A DNA stretch of 64,000 nt, from NCBI GenBank assembly GCA_963575745.1, contig CAUYUJ010000026.1:124001-188000 (forward strand). The letters run 5' to 3'. Under the pieces are notes generated by a model. It worked only from the letters and a program-made list of their open reading frames with translations, was not told where the DNA came from and searched no databases. This DNA comes from Prorocentrum cordatum (taxonomy: Eukaryota). Both the position numbers and the translations under genes were made by a program. Below, piece by piece: positions 35,368-48,784 of this stretch (position 1 is its first letter; each line of letters opens with the position of its first letter).

Positions 35368-38130
35368 CAGACCCATGCTGCCCAGATGCTCAGGACTGCC
35401 CATGTCCAAGCATGGCACGGTTCAGCCCCCCTGCTCCGCCCCACATCGACCCCGACAGCGAGGGTCTGCTTGGCAACGGAGAAGCGGTTGAATCCTACAA
35501 CGGCAACTCTTGGGGAACCCTGAAGGAAAGGTTGGCCGTCTCGACGGCTTTCATTTTCCTGGCTCAGGAGGTTGGTTTCTCGGAAGATCTCGTGGTCGAA
35601 AAGCAGGACGCGGCTCGAAAGCTCGGATGCAAAATGTTGGCCTCCCCCGCCGTCCTGGGGGCCTCGGGTAGGCCAAAGTGGGGGTTTGCGATCCTGGTGC
35701 GACCCCATCTCGGTATTAGATGGCCCAACGAGGGCTGCACAGTTATCCCTGCTGGAGTCATGCGTGCGATTGTCGACATACCCCACTGGCCCCCGATCGC
35801 TGTGATGTGCAGTATTTGAAGTCAGGCACGGGCCTTTGTCAGCGTAATGTGTCGTACTTAGCTGCCATTGGGAAGGCTTTGGACAATGCCCACATGTTCG
35901 CTTGCGGAGGGGACTGGAACCTCGATCCCCCCCTCGTTAAAATGACTGGAGTGGTTCGGGGATTGGATGCCTTGTTGTTTGTCCCCAAAGCCCGAACTTG
36001 TGTCAGTGCGAAGTCGCTTAGCACGATCGACTTCTCAATGTGTAATTCGCCCTTTTCCAGAGCTGTTGAAGGCATTCAGTGTGATTTACAGTGGCGAGGA
36101 CGTCCTCGCCACCCTGTGCGTCTGAGTTCGAAGGAGCGCGCGATTCGCATGTATCAACTCGTTTATCCTAGCCACCAGAGACTCCCAGTCGAATTGCCGT
36201 TCGGGCCCTCTTCCGGGCCACCTGACTGGGCGGTCGCCAGAGACATGGCCAAGTGTGCTGCGGAGGCTGCCGCGAACAGGGCCGTCGGTTTCGCTTGGGA
36301 ACTCCTCAGCAAGGCTTGGAGAGTACTTTCCAATCGCCTCGAGGTCGAACTGGAAGCGTCTCTGGGGGTCAACATAAGGAATAAAGGGCTTAAAGGAGTT
36401 TCTCCCCGTCCTTCGTGGGCCTCCATTTTTGCCACCCTAAGAGTGCTTGCACCGAGTTGGTGTATCAGGGGTGGGTGTGGCTGGCCCAGCTTTGTTCTGA
36501 GACGACGGGGGTTGTGTCTAGGCTTTCAGAGGCTGTCGCAGATCTTTCCACCTCGCCAGCCAAGGGCGAGGAACTTGCGCAGGATGCGCAACAACAGGTC
36601 CAGCATATTTTGTTGCAGCCATGCCCTGGAAGGGGGCTTCGCTGCCAGGCTTGGTGCCGCTGTCGCTAGTGACAGGGAGCTGATGCGACGTTGGCCACCG
36701 TCTTCGCTCGAGGACTGGTTGCAGGAGTCGCGCGACTTCCAGGCCTCGCGGGAGGACGACCGTGATCTGGCTGAGAAGGGCCTCAAGAAGGCCAATCAGG
36801 ACTCCTGGGGCGAGTGGCAAGAAAAAGCATTCAAGAAAGGGGCTAGGGCGATACATCGGCTTACCAAGTTAAAACAAACATGGAGCCCCGCGATCGTCCA
36901 GGTCCACCCAGGAGTTTTCAGCAGTGACCCTCAAGAGCTATTGAGAGCTGAAGGGGGCACGCTTGCTCGTTTTTGGCACGCTTCTGCTAAGCCAGACCTG
37001 GTGGAAGTGCCCGACCGTGCGCACTTGCCGAGGGCTTCGGCCCAAGAGACCAGGAAGGCCAGTGCGAGCTTCTCTGCTGACGCACCTCAATCGTTGGATG
37101 GGCTCCACCCCAAGCAACTGTCGCTGGCGTCGGACGCAGCTCTTGAAGCGTTGGCGGCCTTGTATCAGGCTGTCGAAAGCCTGGGGCTGTTTCCGAAGCA
37201 ACTTTTCTGGATGCTTGTCCCCCTCCTGGAAAAACCAGAAGGGGGCTTGGACCCATCTTGTTGTGTGCTGGACTCGTCAGAGTTTGGGAACGATTGAGAA
37301 GACCGCTCTTGTTGAAGTTTAATGGTGAGTGCCCTCGTAGGTTCTGGGCCTTCGGACCAGGACGCAGCGCCGAAGATGCTGTGTGGCACCAGGCGGCGCG
37401 TTCAGAGGTTAGTGCGTGTGAACATCGAGTTACGTGTAGAGTCATTTGGGACGGGACCAAGTATTATGAGAGTTTTGATCTCGAGCTCCTCAGGGGCAGA
37501 GCGTTGGCCCACGGATTCCACCCTGTCATTGTGAAGACTACGCATAATTTTTGGAGAGGCCCAAGGCTGCTGCTTTTAGGAGCCCAATATGGGGCGAACC
37601 CACTTTTTGTTCGGTCAGGCTTGCCAGCGGGTGACATCTTCAATGATCTGTATGTGAGGGTATACAGTACCGAAGGTTTTGACCAGTTCTGTATGGATCA
37701 CCCGCGGGTCCACCTGAGCTCGCACGTCGATGACGACTCCCTCGCGACAGAAGGTGAGACGGAAATCGAAGTGCTCGACAGGATGTCCAAGGCCGCGGCG
37801 GCCATGTTCATCGTTTTTCGAGATTATTTGCATGTGCAGCTGCAAGCGGACAAGCTCACTACCTTCGCGAGCTCGGTCCAGCTCGCGCGCAAACTCGGCA
37901 AGTTGCTCGGAAGACTTGCGGGGAATGTTACCAACAGTGCTGTCGTTTTAGGGTCTGGCCTAGCGGTTGGACAAAAGAGGAGATTCCAGAATGCCCTCTG
38001 GAATCGCAAGCAAAGGTTCAAACACATGGGAGCGAGGCATAAGATTTTGAGAAGGTTCCGTGAGATGCCTCCCCGTAGCAAAGGTAGGATTGGTCAGATT
38101 TACACTGCGGGAGCGCATCCCTTTCTGGCC
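35360..38130 (+). pseudogene. LINE-a ORF2: APE endonuclease + reverse transcriptase
   Basis: SYNGNSW, FLAQEV, GFAILVR, QYL, GGDWN, TIDF (APE); SLDGLHP, LLEKPEGG, VIWDGTKYYESF, GLPAGD, SHVDD (RT); at least three frameshifts. Confidence 0.9.
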
Positions 38131-39936
38131 GCCGCCGCCGACAACGGACATTTTCAGGAGGTGTCCTAGAGTCCCCAAGGGCCCCTGGAGGTTTTCGGAG
38201 GCCTTTGTGGGATTTGGGGTGCCAGGGGCCTTTGTGGGCCTTTTGCGTTGAGTGGCAACCCTATCTTGATTGTAGATTACTGGCGCGCTGCTGCCGTCCG
38301 TGACCCACGCGGACTGACGAGCCCTCTGGCGAGACAAGCCTCAGCGCTGACTGCTCCTGCGCCCTGAGACCGCCACATAAAAGAAACGCGGGACCAAACA
38401 TGCCCCCTAACCCTACATGGGTTTTTTCGATTGATCGGCGTCTTTGGTTCCTCCGGTCGTGCAGCCTTTTGGCCCCATTGGTGCGCAGCCGCGCCGCTTG
38501 CCCGGTCCGCCCCCGCCTGGCCGCCGCAGACCACTTAGTCTCGGCAGGGCGGGGAAAGAACGGTTGTCGTCGTCGTCGTCGTCGCTGTCGCTGCTGCTGC
38601 TGCTGCTGTCGTTGTCGTTCTCCTCGTTGGCACGGCTGCGAGTTGCGCACAGGCAGCCCCGAGAGGCAGTCCTGGCCAGCTCCGACTGGTCTTGGGGAAG
38701 TTTTGGACTCTTCTTTTCTGGGCTTCCAGGGGGTCCTCATCGCGCGAAATTCAATTCAGAACGCGTTTCAGCTGATGCTGGGGGAATGCTATTGATTTCC
38801 AGCTTCCTCGTAGGAGGAGGACGACGGGATCAGGAGGGTCACGAGAAAGGGGAAGTGGGGTCGGCGGGTCAGGGAGGAGTAATGTGACGGCGAGGAGGAT
38901 TGACCTTTGAGGAGGGAGGGATGCAGCAGAGAGAAGGGAGGGGGTTCAGCAGGAGGAGGTGGACAAGGAGGAGGAGGAGGTGGGCAAGGAGGAGGAGGAG
39001 GACGAGGAGGAGCAGAAGCAGGAGGAGGAGGAGGAGGAGGAGGAGGAGGAGGAGGAAGAAGAGGTGGGGTAGGGATGGGAAAGTGGGGGGGGGAGGAGTG
39101 AAGAGGAAATCTTGAAGAATGGGGAGGGGGACCAGTGGAGGCTGGAGGAGGAAAAGAAGGAGGAGGTATGAATTTCTCATCCCCCTTTCTCCAAAGCCCC
39201 TTGCTGCCTTCTTCCCTCTTCTTGCCTCGTCCCTCCTGCTCCCCTTCTCCTGCCCTTGTGGCCACGTCTTCAGCAGCCGTTCTGGAGGGACCAGCAGGTT
39301 AGCGCCGTGACAGGGAGGCTTTGTTCGGACGAGGCGGCAATTACACCGTTGTCATCTTTGAACAGATCTTTTCTCTCGGACGTGTCCTCCGTTGCAGGCC
39401 GTTGGTGGTAATGGCCCACCATCAGGATGCAACACGCTCCTCTGCGACGGGCTGCATCTTCTGATGTTCGCTTCGCCTCTTCCCCGCCCCCCACAGAGGT
39501 TAACGGATGCTTCTGGAGGTCCCCAGAGGTCTCTCGTAGTCTTCGGATGTCTCCAGGGATGCCCACGGAGGCCCCCAGAGGTCGCCGGAAGCCCTTCAGG
39601 CCCCAAGAAGCCCAGAGAGGGTCACAAATGCAAAAACCTGAATCCTCGATTCTCCTCCTCGTCGTTGTCCTCCCTCTCCTCGTCCGTCTCCTCCTCCCTT
39701 TCGGCCTTTCGGCCTAAATCTGTTCAAGACCTACTCCCAGAACAGTCTGCAGAGGCCACATGTGGATTCGGAAGGAAGCGGATGGGGCAAGGAGGACTGG
39801 TGAGGGGGAAGCAAAGGGAGAGGGAAGGTGCGAGGCGGAGGAGGAGGAGGAGGAGGAGGAGGAGGAGGAGGAGGAGGAGGAGGAGGAGGAGGAGGAGGTG
39901 GCGGTGAGGAGGTAGGGGAGGAGGAGGAGGAGGAGG

Positions 39937-40629
39937 AGTGTAAATCCAAGACGCAATGACTATGTTGCAACCAACCCTCCCTCCAAGTTTCCTAACCACA
40001 GGCTCCTATAAGGATCTATCTTCACTACGGGAAGAGCCCCATTGGCAGATAACCGTTTGAAAATCCCCGACCGTGCCAAAGCATTACTCCTGGGACTTCA
40101 ACGCCGCGACTCAACGCTACTGTTGCGACCATACGATCCAAAATCGTAGCAGAACGCCATTTCTGGGACGTCAACACCGCGAGTCAACGTGCCTGTCGCG
40201 CCCTGCCAATCTAAAATCTTGCCAGAACGCCGTTTCTGGGACGTCAGCCATACTAATCCTTGATTCAGCTGTAAACTGTTACGCCGAATATGCACGGCGC
40301 TGAATGGAAAACCATATTTTGCAAAGGAACGGCCCTCCATCCGTGAAGCTCTTGCGAACTTTCAACACGATGGTGTGCGGCGCTGAGGCGAAAGCCACGT
40401 GTTGAAAACGACCCGCCCTCCATCCGTGAACCTGATACAATCTTTTAAGACGAATGCGGGCGGCGCTACGGCGAGAGCCACATTTCGAAACCGGCCTGCC
40501 CTCCATCTGTGAACCCGTTGCAGTTTTCAAGCTTCAAGATCAGAAGTGGTGAGGAAGTCTCAAGCGAAACGCCCGGCCCGCCCTACCGACCCGTCTCGAG
40601 GTGCGACATGGAGGAGCTGTTCATAAGGA
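39937..40629 (+). repeat. ~650-bp dispersed repeat, copy 2
   Basis: Similar to 28636-29288; again flanked by GGA-rich tracts. Confidence 0.8.
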
Positions 40630-40849
40630 AGAAGGATGGAGAAGGAGGAGAAGGAGGGGGAGGAGAAGAAGAAGGAGGAGGAGGAGGCGGACTTGGTTGA
40701 GGAGGAGGAGGACGAGGAGGAGCAGCAGGAGGAGAGGGAGAAGGAGGAGGAGGAGGCGGAGGAGGAGGAGGAGGTGGAGGAGGAGGAGGAGGAGGAGGAG
40801 GAGGATTTTTCCTCGCAGCAAGGAGCGGACGGTCTGCAAACACCCCCCT

Positions 40850-41625
40850 AGGCGACCCCGAAGCGCTTGGCCACGTTGGCCCCTTGCCGCTTCTTTCTGT
40901 CCTCCTTCGAGACGGCGCCCTCGCCCTCGAATTCCTTCGCGGACGCCCCTGTCTTTGCCTGCCGATGTCGGGCTCTCTTCTTTCTCGTCTTGTTGAGCTC
41001 CGCCCGCTCGGCCTTCGAGAGCGTTGTGGCTCTTTCCCCCTGCCAATCTCTTGGCTGAGCTTCTTGCTGCCTCCGGAGCCGTTTGGCTTTGTGTCCAGGA
41101 GGAGTTCTGCGATTCTTCTCTGCATCTCCGCCTGCGCGTACTCCTCGTCGTCCTCGCTGTCCTCTTCCTCTTTCTCCTCCTGCGCCTCCACTGGCGCCGC
41201 GGGCGCATTGATGGCATATCTTCGCGTGGACGCGCCGTTCTCGTCGCAGCCGTCGTACGGGCCCACGCAGTCTGGGTTTAAAAGCAGCAGCTTGGTGAAG
41301 TTCGCCTCGACCCAGTCGAGGGTCTGCGGGATGCCCCACGCGGGCGCCTTCTTGCCCGCATACTTTCTCTACATTTTAAGCACCTCCTCTGCCATCTGCG
41401 TCTGCAACACCGCCAGGATCTCATCGCCGCTTACCTTCACCTGGGTCTACCCAGGCTCGAGGCCGTCCAATTAAAGCTTCACCGGGATCTCGAGCACGTC
41501 GAACGCAGCCGCCGCGGGCGGCTGCTGCACGCTGCACGGCCAGGGACAGCCAGACGGGATACGGGAAGGTCTCCGACTTCTTCTTGGCATTGCCGAGCTT
41601 GGCGTCGGGCCACTTATCCTTCGCT
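40850..41625 (-). pseudogene. Protein-like fragment of unknown function with a stop and frameshifts
   Basis: VKVSGDEILAVLQTQMAEEVLKMYREKYAGKKAPAWGIPQTLDWVEANFTKLLLLNPD...AQAEMQRRIAELLLD reads as real coding sequence but is interrupted. Confidence 0.35.
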
Positions 41626-42276
41626 GCGGAGGAGGAGGAGGAAGAGGGCGAGGAGGAGGAGGAGGAGGAGCAGGAGGAGGAGGAGGAGGAGGAGGAGGAG
41701 GAGGAGGAGGAAGTAGGAGATAGCATGGGAAGCGGAAGAGGAGGAGGAGGAGGAGGAGGAGGAGGAGGAGGAGAAGGAACAGGTGCAGCCGGAGGAGGCG
41801 GAGGAGGAGGATGAGGGATGAGGTTTGAGGATTTGATGATGGTATGATGATGTGATGATGACGATGATGATGATGATGGCTGATTGATGATGTGAAGATG
41901 ATGATGAGGATGATGTTGATGTTGTGATGAGGCTGCGTGGAGGCGGAGGAGGATGAGGAGGAGGAAGAGCAGGAGGAGGAATGAAGAGGAGGAGGAGGGA
42001 GGAGGAGGAGGAGGAGGGGGGGAGAGAGGAGGCGTGGAGGAGCGGAAGGAGGAACAGAGGAGGAGGAGGAGGTGGAGGGGGAGGGCGAGGTAGAGGAGGA
42101 GGAGGAGGAGGGAGGAGGAGGAGGAGGAGGAGGAGGAGGAGCAGGGGGAGCAGGATGATGATGGGGATGATGATGATGATGATGATGGTGATGATGATGC
42201 TGATGATGACGATGATGATGATGATGCTGATGATGATGATGATGATGGATGGTGATGATGCTGATGATGATGATGC

Positions 42277-42325
<49 letters not shown>

Positions 42326-43120
42326 AATGATGCTGAGGATGCTGCTGATGATGATGCTGATGCTGATGCTGCTGCTGATGATGCTGATGATGAGGATGCT
42401 GCTGCTGATGATGATGCTGATGATGAGGAGGAGGAGCAGGATGAGGAAAAGTGAAGAGAAAGAGGGAGGGGGAGGATAGAGGAGGAGAAGGAGGAGGAGA
42501 CGGAGGAGGAGGAGGTGCAGCAGGGGAGGGGAAGGAGGAGGCGGAGGCGGAGGAGGAGGAGGGGAGGAGGAGAATGAGGGGAAGGAGGAGGCGGAAGAGG
42601 AGAAGCGGGTAGGCAAAGGGAGGGTGGAGGGAGGGGAGGGAGGCAGCAAAGAAACGAGCAGGTCGCGTCTCCTTGGGCTGTGAGCACGGTGGGGCCGTTG
42701 TGTCGTCGGCGTCGTCTTCGACGACGTCGTCGCCGTCGTCGTCTTCGCCGTCGTCGTCGTCGTTCTCCTTCTCCCCCTCCTTTCTCCTATTTTCTCTTTC
42801 GCACCTCTCCCTCATTTTCTGTTCCTCCTATCTTCTTCTCCTCATCTCCTTCTTTTTCTTTTCAACCTCTACCTCGTTTCCTTTTCCTTCTTCTCACTTC
42901 CTCCGTCTTCCCCTTGCCCTTCTCCTTCTCCTTCTCCTTGTCCCTCCCCTTCTCCTTCTCCTTCTCCTTTTCCTTCTCCTTCTCCTCCCCTTCTCCTTCT
43001 CCTTCTCCGTCTCCGTCTCCGGCTCCTTCTCCTTCTCCTTCTCTTTCTCCTTCTTCTCCTTCTCTTCCCCATCTTCATCTCCTTCTCCTTCTCCTCCTTT
43101 TCCGTCTCCTTCTCTTTCTC
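41625..43120. repeat. (GGA)n/(GAT)n/(GTC)n/(CCTTCT)n microsatellite complex
   Basis: Directly visible. Confidence 0.95.
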
Positions 43121-43272
43121 TTTGTCACCCCCCCCAGCGAGGCTTTCTTGCACACGGGGCCAGGCTACAAGCAGCCTCCCGCGAACCGTTTCCCGTGGCG
43201 ATTGGCTGATGCCTCCCTCTGGGCCAGGACACCGCACCCTCTTTCCATGTCGTCTGCTGGGCACTGCATATC

Positions 43273-43530
43273 ATGATTACGCTTGTGCATTGGAGCTGCA
43301 TTGCTGCGGATGAAGCTCGGTTGCGTGACATGGGTGAGGAAGCCAAACAGGTGGACGTCGCCTCCAGGGAAATGTGTGAACGATCTTGTGGTATAGCGCT
43401 CCTTCTCAGGACACGGGTCTTCAGGAAGAAGCATGTTGCTGATGCACCAGTGATTCCAGTTTCTCTTCGTGGTCGTGTTGTTGTGTATCGGGTGCGCTCT
43501 GGCAGATTCGACTTACAGGTTTCCTCCCGA
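43273..43530 (+). pseudogene. Possible LINE endonuclease fragment
   Basis: WSCIAADEARL...SCGIALLLR...IPVSLRGRVV resembles the APE xxxQETR...GVAILV region. Confidence 0.3.
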
Positions 43531-43559
43531 AACCGTCTGGGCGTCGGTCCGCCGAGAAC

Positions 43560-46500
43560 ATGAAGTAACTGTGTTGGGCCATCTTCGAGCTATTTTGGGC
43601 CGTCTTGGTGGCCTCCTGGCCCGTCTGACGCCGTCGAAAGCTGTCTTGAGGGCCTTTCTGGGACGACTTGGGGCCCTCGTGCCCCAGTTCCGTTTTGGAG
43701 TCCATCTTGGGCGTCTTGGAGGCTTCGTGGGCAGTCTTGGGGCCCTCTTGGGGCAGTCTTGGGGGCATCTTGGGCCGTTCTGGGGCCATCTTGGAGACCT
43801 CTTGGGCGATCTTGGGGCAATCATTCGGGACTCTTGGGCCGTCTCAGGCCGTCGGAAGATGGAACAGAGGCGTATTCCAGAATCCTTCAAAAACTCACGA
43901 ATATCAATGAATTTTGTATCTTGGAGCCTTCCTGGAGGGCTTCTTGGAGACCTCTTGGGCCGTCTTGGAGGCCCCTTGGAGGCATCTTGGGCCGTGTCGG
44001 GCCATCTTGAGGCTATCTTAGGCCGTCTTGGCAGCATCTTGGGCCGCGTTGGAGGCACCTTGGGGCCATCTTAGCCGTCTTTGAAGCCACCTTGGCAATC
44101 TTGGAGGCGTCTTGGGGGCCAGCTTGGGCCATCTTGGCGGTCTTGGGAGCTCTCTTCACCCGCTTTGGGAGTTCTTGTATGAGAATTGGGCGCCTTCCGG
44201 GTGGCCGACGGGACGGGCCAGAGCCCCAGGGGAGATTGTCTGTTGGAGAAAAAACCAAAACCCAAACTGGCAGGGTCTAGCACGCCAGGCACCCCTTCAC
44301 CGCCCACCAAACCACCCCAACCCAACCCGAAGGCCCCGCTTTGCTCTCTATTTCCAGTGTGGGGGTTGGGTCAGGGAGCACTGAAAAAAACACATATGGA
44401 ACCCGTACCCCCCCCCAACCCGAAATTCGGGCAGAGTTTCTTCGGGTTGGGTTTGTGTGGTCTGGTAGGTAGTCACCCCTGTGGCAAGCTAGCAGGGGGC
44501 GGCGGCTCGAAGATGCCTGCGACGAGTCACCGCCGCCCCCTGCCTTTTGAGATCGCCAATGTGACCGAGCGTTCAGGAGAAGGAAGAGAAGGAGGAGGAG
44601 GAGGAGGAGGAGGAGGAGGAGGAGGAGGAGGAGGAGGAGGAGAATGAGGAGGAGGAGGAGGAGGAGGGGGCATGAGGAGGAGGAGGAGGAGGAGGGGGCA
44701 TCTTGGGAGCCTGGGGGCACTCGTGGGGCATCTTGGCATCCTGGGAGCTTCCTGGGAGCCTCTTGGAGGCATCTTGGGGGCATCCTTGGGCCTCTTGGAG
44801 GTCTTTGGGGGCTTCTCGGGAGCCTCTCTGGCCGTCTCAGGGCATTCCTGGTCCGTCTGACGCCGTCGGAAGCTGTCTTGGGGGTCTCTCTGGGCCTACT
44901 GGGGGCCCTCCTGGGGTGCTCCAGGACCGTCTTGGAGGCCAACCTGGGTCGTCTTGGAGGCCTCTTGGGTTGCCCGGGGGCCTGGGCCGGTCTTGGGGGC
45001 CTCTTGGGCCGTTCTGGGGCCATCTTGGAGACCTCTTGGGCGATCTTGGGGCAATCATTCGGGGCTCTTGGGCCGTCTCGGGTTGTCGGAAGATGGAACA
45101 GAAGTAAATCGAGAATCCTTCAATAACCAAAGGAAAATCTATGATTCTAGTCCCTTCGAGCCTTCCTGGGGGTCCTCTTGGAGGCCTCTTGGGCCGTCTT
45201 GGAGGCCTCTTGGAGGCATCTTGGGCTGGGCCATCTTGAGGCCATCTCAGGCCGTCTTGGCAGCATCTTGGGCCGTCTTGGAGGCATCCATGGGCCATCT
45301 TGGCCGTCTTGGAGGCCATCTTGGCCGTCCTGGAGGCATCTTGGAGGCCCCATCTTGGGCCACCTTGGCGGTCTTGAGTGCCATCTTGAGCCGTCCTGGG
45401 GACTAAAGACGGCACAGTGGGTGCCTGCCGGTCCCTTCCAGGTGGCCGGCGTACTGGGCCGGAGCCTCAGGGGAGAGCTCGTTTTGGGGGTGGACAGACC
45501 TCCTACCCTGACGCGTCGAGTAGCGAATTGGCCGTCTTCGCTTCGCGTGAGAACGTCGCGGCCGTAGCTTTGCGGGTCCAGGTCCGTCGGTTTCTGTCCT
45601 GGGCCGTTTTCACTGAAGGGTGGTTTGCTAAAGGGAGGTTTGTCCACCGCCGATCTTTGGGGCAAAAAACCAAAACCAAAAACGGTAGGGACTAGTACGC
45701 CAGGCACCCCTGTGGCAAGCCAACAGGGGGCGGCGTATCGAAGACGCCTGCGGCGAATCACCGCCGCCCCCTGCCCCTCTGGAAGCGCCTCTGTGGCCGA
45801 CAGCTGGGCCAGGGCTTGGCCAAGCTATCGGGTCAGTTGTTCAACGAGTCGATTTGGAAAGACTTCCGGGAACGCATGGGGGAGCAAGAAGAGGAGGAGG
45901 GGGAGGATGAGGAAAAAAGAGGAGGAGGAGGAGGAGGATGAGGAGGAGGAGGAGGAGGAGGAGGAGGAGGAGGAGGAGGCCTCTTGGGGCACTCTTGGAG
46001 CCTCCTGGGAGCTTCCTGGGGGCCGCTTGGAGGGTTTTGGGGGGCCCTTGGGGGCTTCTTAGAGGTCTCTTTGGCCGTCTTAGGGCGTTCCTGGCTTCTC
46101 TGGCGCAGTCGGAAGCCGTCTTGGGGACCTGTCTGGGTCGTCTTGGGGCCCTCTTGGGGCATGTCAGGGGTTCTTAGAGGCCATCTTGGGCGTCTTGGAG
46201 GCCTCTTGGGCCGTTTTAGTGCCCTCTTGGGGGCCGTCTTGGGGGCCTTTTGGGCCGTCATGGGATCTTGGAGGCCTCTTGGGCGATCTTGGGGGCCTCT
46301 TGCGCCGTCTTGAGCCGTCGGAATGACGAGAAGAAGCAAATGCCAAAATCATTCAACAACTGTAGGACAATTAGTGATTTTGGCCTCTTCGTGCCCTCCT
46401 GGAAGACCTCCTGGACGCCTTTTGGGCAGTCTTGGAGCCTCTTGGGGGGGCCTCTTGGGCCGTCTTGGACCATCTTGAGGCCATCTTAGGCCATCTTGGG

Positions 46501-48741
46501 TGCATCTTGGGCCGTCTTGGAGGCATCTTGGTGCCAGCTTAGCCGTCTTGGAGGCCATTCTGACCGTCTTGGAGGCCTCTTGGGCCCTCTTGGGGCCGCC
46601 TTGGGGGCCTCTTGGACCGTCATGGGGCCATCTTGTAGGCCTCGTGGGCGATCTTGGGGGCCTCTTGGGCCGTCTTGGGCCGTCGGAATGCCGAAACGAA
46701 GCAAATGCCACAATCCTTTCAACACCCCAGGAAGCTCAATGATTTTGGCCTCTTCGGGCCCTCCTGGAGGACCTCTTGGAGGCCTCTGGGGCCTTCTTGG
46801 AGGCCTCTTAGGGGCCTCTTGGGCCGTCTTGCGCCATCTGGAGGCCATCTCAGGCCGTGTTGGATGCATCTTGGGTTGTGTTGGAGGTATTTTGGGGCCA
46901 TCGTAGCCGTCTTGGAGGCCACCTCGGCCGTCTTGGAGGCCTCTTGGGGCCCTCTTGGGGCCGCCTTGGGGTTCTCTCGGACCGTCATGGGGTCATCTTG
47001 GAGGCCTCTTGGACGATCTTAGGGCGATCTTGGGGGCCTCCTGGGCCGTCTTGAGCAGGCAAAAGGCCGATAAGAAGCACATGCCAACATCCTTCAAAAT
47101 CCGAAGGAAAATCGAGACCCTCCTTGAGGACCTCTTGGAGGCCTCTTGGGTCGTCTTGGGCCGTCTTGGAGGCTTCTTGGGCGAACTTGGAGGTATCTTG
47201 GACTCTCTTGGGCCGTCTTGGAGGCCGTCTTGGATCATCTTGGGCGGACTTGGAGGCCATCTTGGAGGCCATCTTGGGCCAACGTGGCCATCTTAGAGGT
47301 CATCTTGAGCGGTCTTGAAGGAACAAACATGGGATTGAGATTTCTTCTGGGACCCCGGCGGGGCGCGCCGACGCCCCAGGGGGAGTTCCTTCGGAAAAGG
47401 AAGCAACACCAAAACATCTTGGGCCAACGTGGCCATCTTAGAGGTCATCTTGAGCGGTCTTGAAGGAACAAACATGGGATTGAGATTTCTTCTGGGACCC
47501 CGGCGGGGCGCGCCGACGCCCCAGGGGGAGTTCCTTCGGAAAAGGAAGCAACACCAAAACCGAACGGATCTAGCATGCCCCTGTGATGAATCAACAGGGG
47601 GCGGCGGATCGAAGACGCCTACGGCGAATCACCGCCGCCCCCTGCCCTTTCGGAAGCGCCTATGTGGCCGAACGTTGAGGCCAGACCTGCCAAGCTATCG
47701 GACCATGTGTTCCCCGAATCGGTTTGGAAAGCCTTCGGGGAACACGTGGGCATCTTGAAGGTCATCTTGGCCGCCTGGAGGTCATGCTGACCCTTTCGGG
47801 CCTTCTTGGATGACGTCTTGGAGGGCTCTTGGGCCGTCTTGGAGGCCTCTTGGAGCTGTCTTGGGCCTCTTGGACGATCTTTGGGGGCACTTGGGCCGTC
47901 TCGGACTGTCGGAAGGCCGAAAAGAAGCAAATGCAGAACTCTTTCAACAACAAATTGAAAATCAATGATTTTTGGTTTCTTCGGGCCTTCCTGGAGGCTC
48001 TCTTGGACGTCTCTTGGGCCGTATTGGGCCATCGTAGTGCCATGTTCAGCTGTCTTTGTGGGCTCCTGGTCCGTCTGACGCCGTCGGAAGCCGTTTGGGG
48101 GGCCCCTATGGGCCGACTTGGGGCCCTCTTGGAATGCTCCAGGGCCGTCTTGGAGGCCATCTTGGGCGCCTTAAAGGCCTCCTGTGCCGTCTTGGGGGCC
48201 TCTTGGGGCCGTCTTGGGGGCCTCTTGGGCCGTTCTGGGGCCATCTTGGAGGCCTCTGGGGCGATCTTTCGGCGATCTTTGGGGGCTCTTGGGCCGTCTC
48301 GGGCCGTCGGAAGGTTGAAAAGAAGTAAATGCCAACGTCCGTCAGAAACCTTAGGAAAATCAGAGTTTTTGTCGTATTCTGGCCTTCCTGGAGGCTCTCT
48401 TGGAGGCCTCTTGGGCCGTTGTGGGTCACTTAAAGGCCATCTTGGGCGTCTTGGAAGCCTGTTGGGTCGTCTTTGTGCCCTCTTGGGGCCGTCTTGGGGG
48501 CCTCTTGGGCAGTCCTGAGGCCATCTTGGAGGCCTCTTGGGCGCTGGGCGATCTTGGGAGCTTCTTGGGCCGTCTTGGGCCGTCGGAAAGCTGAAAAGGC
48601 GCACATGATAATTATATATATATATATATATATGTAAAAGTTATATGTGGTATATATGGTATATAAGTTAAATTTATGATCTATATATATATGTATTTAT
48701 ATACACAAATATGTATGTATATTTTTTATATATACATGCAT

Positions 48742-48784
<43 letters not shown>

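Larger units (their letters stand above)
33934..38130 (+). mobile_element. SL-headed non-LTR retrotransposon LINE-a (ORF1 + APE-RT), frameshifted and 3'-truncated
   Basis: SL, ~180-nt UTR, Zn-finger/coiled-coil ORF1, then endonuclease and RT motifs; homology stops before RNase H. Confidence 0.9.

Noticed and set aside
41421..43276. Poly-His/Ser/Met/Asp ORFs
   Set aside because: Translations of (GAT)n, (GGA)n and (CCTTCT)n microsatellites.
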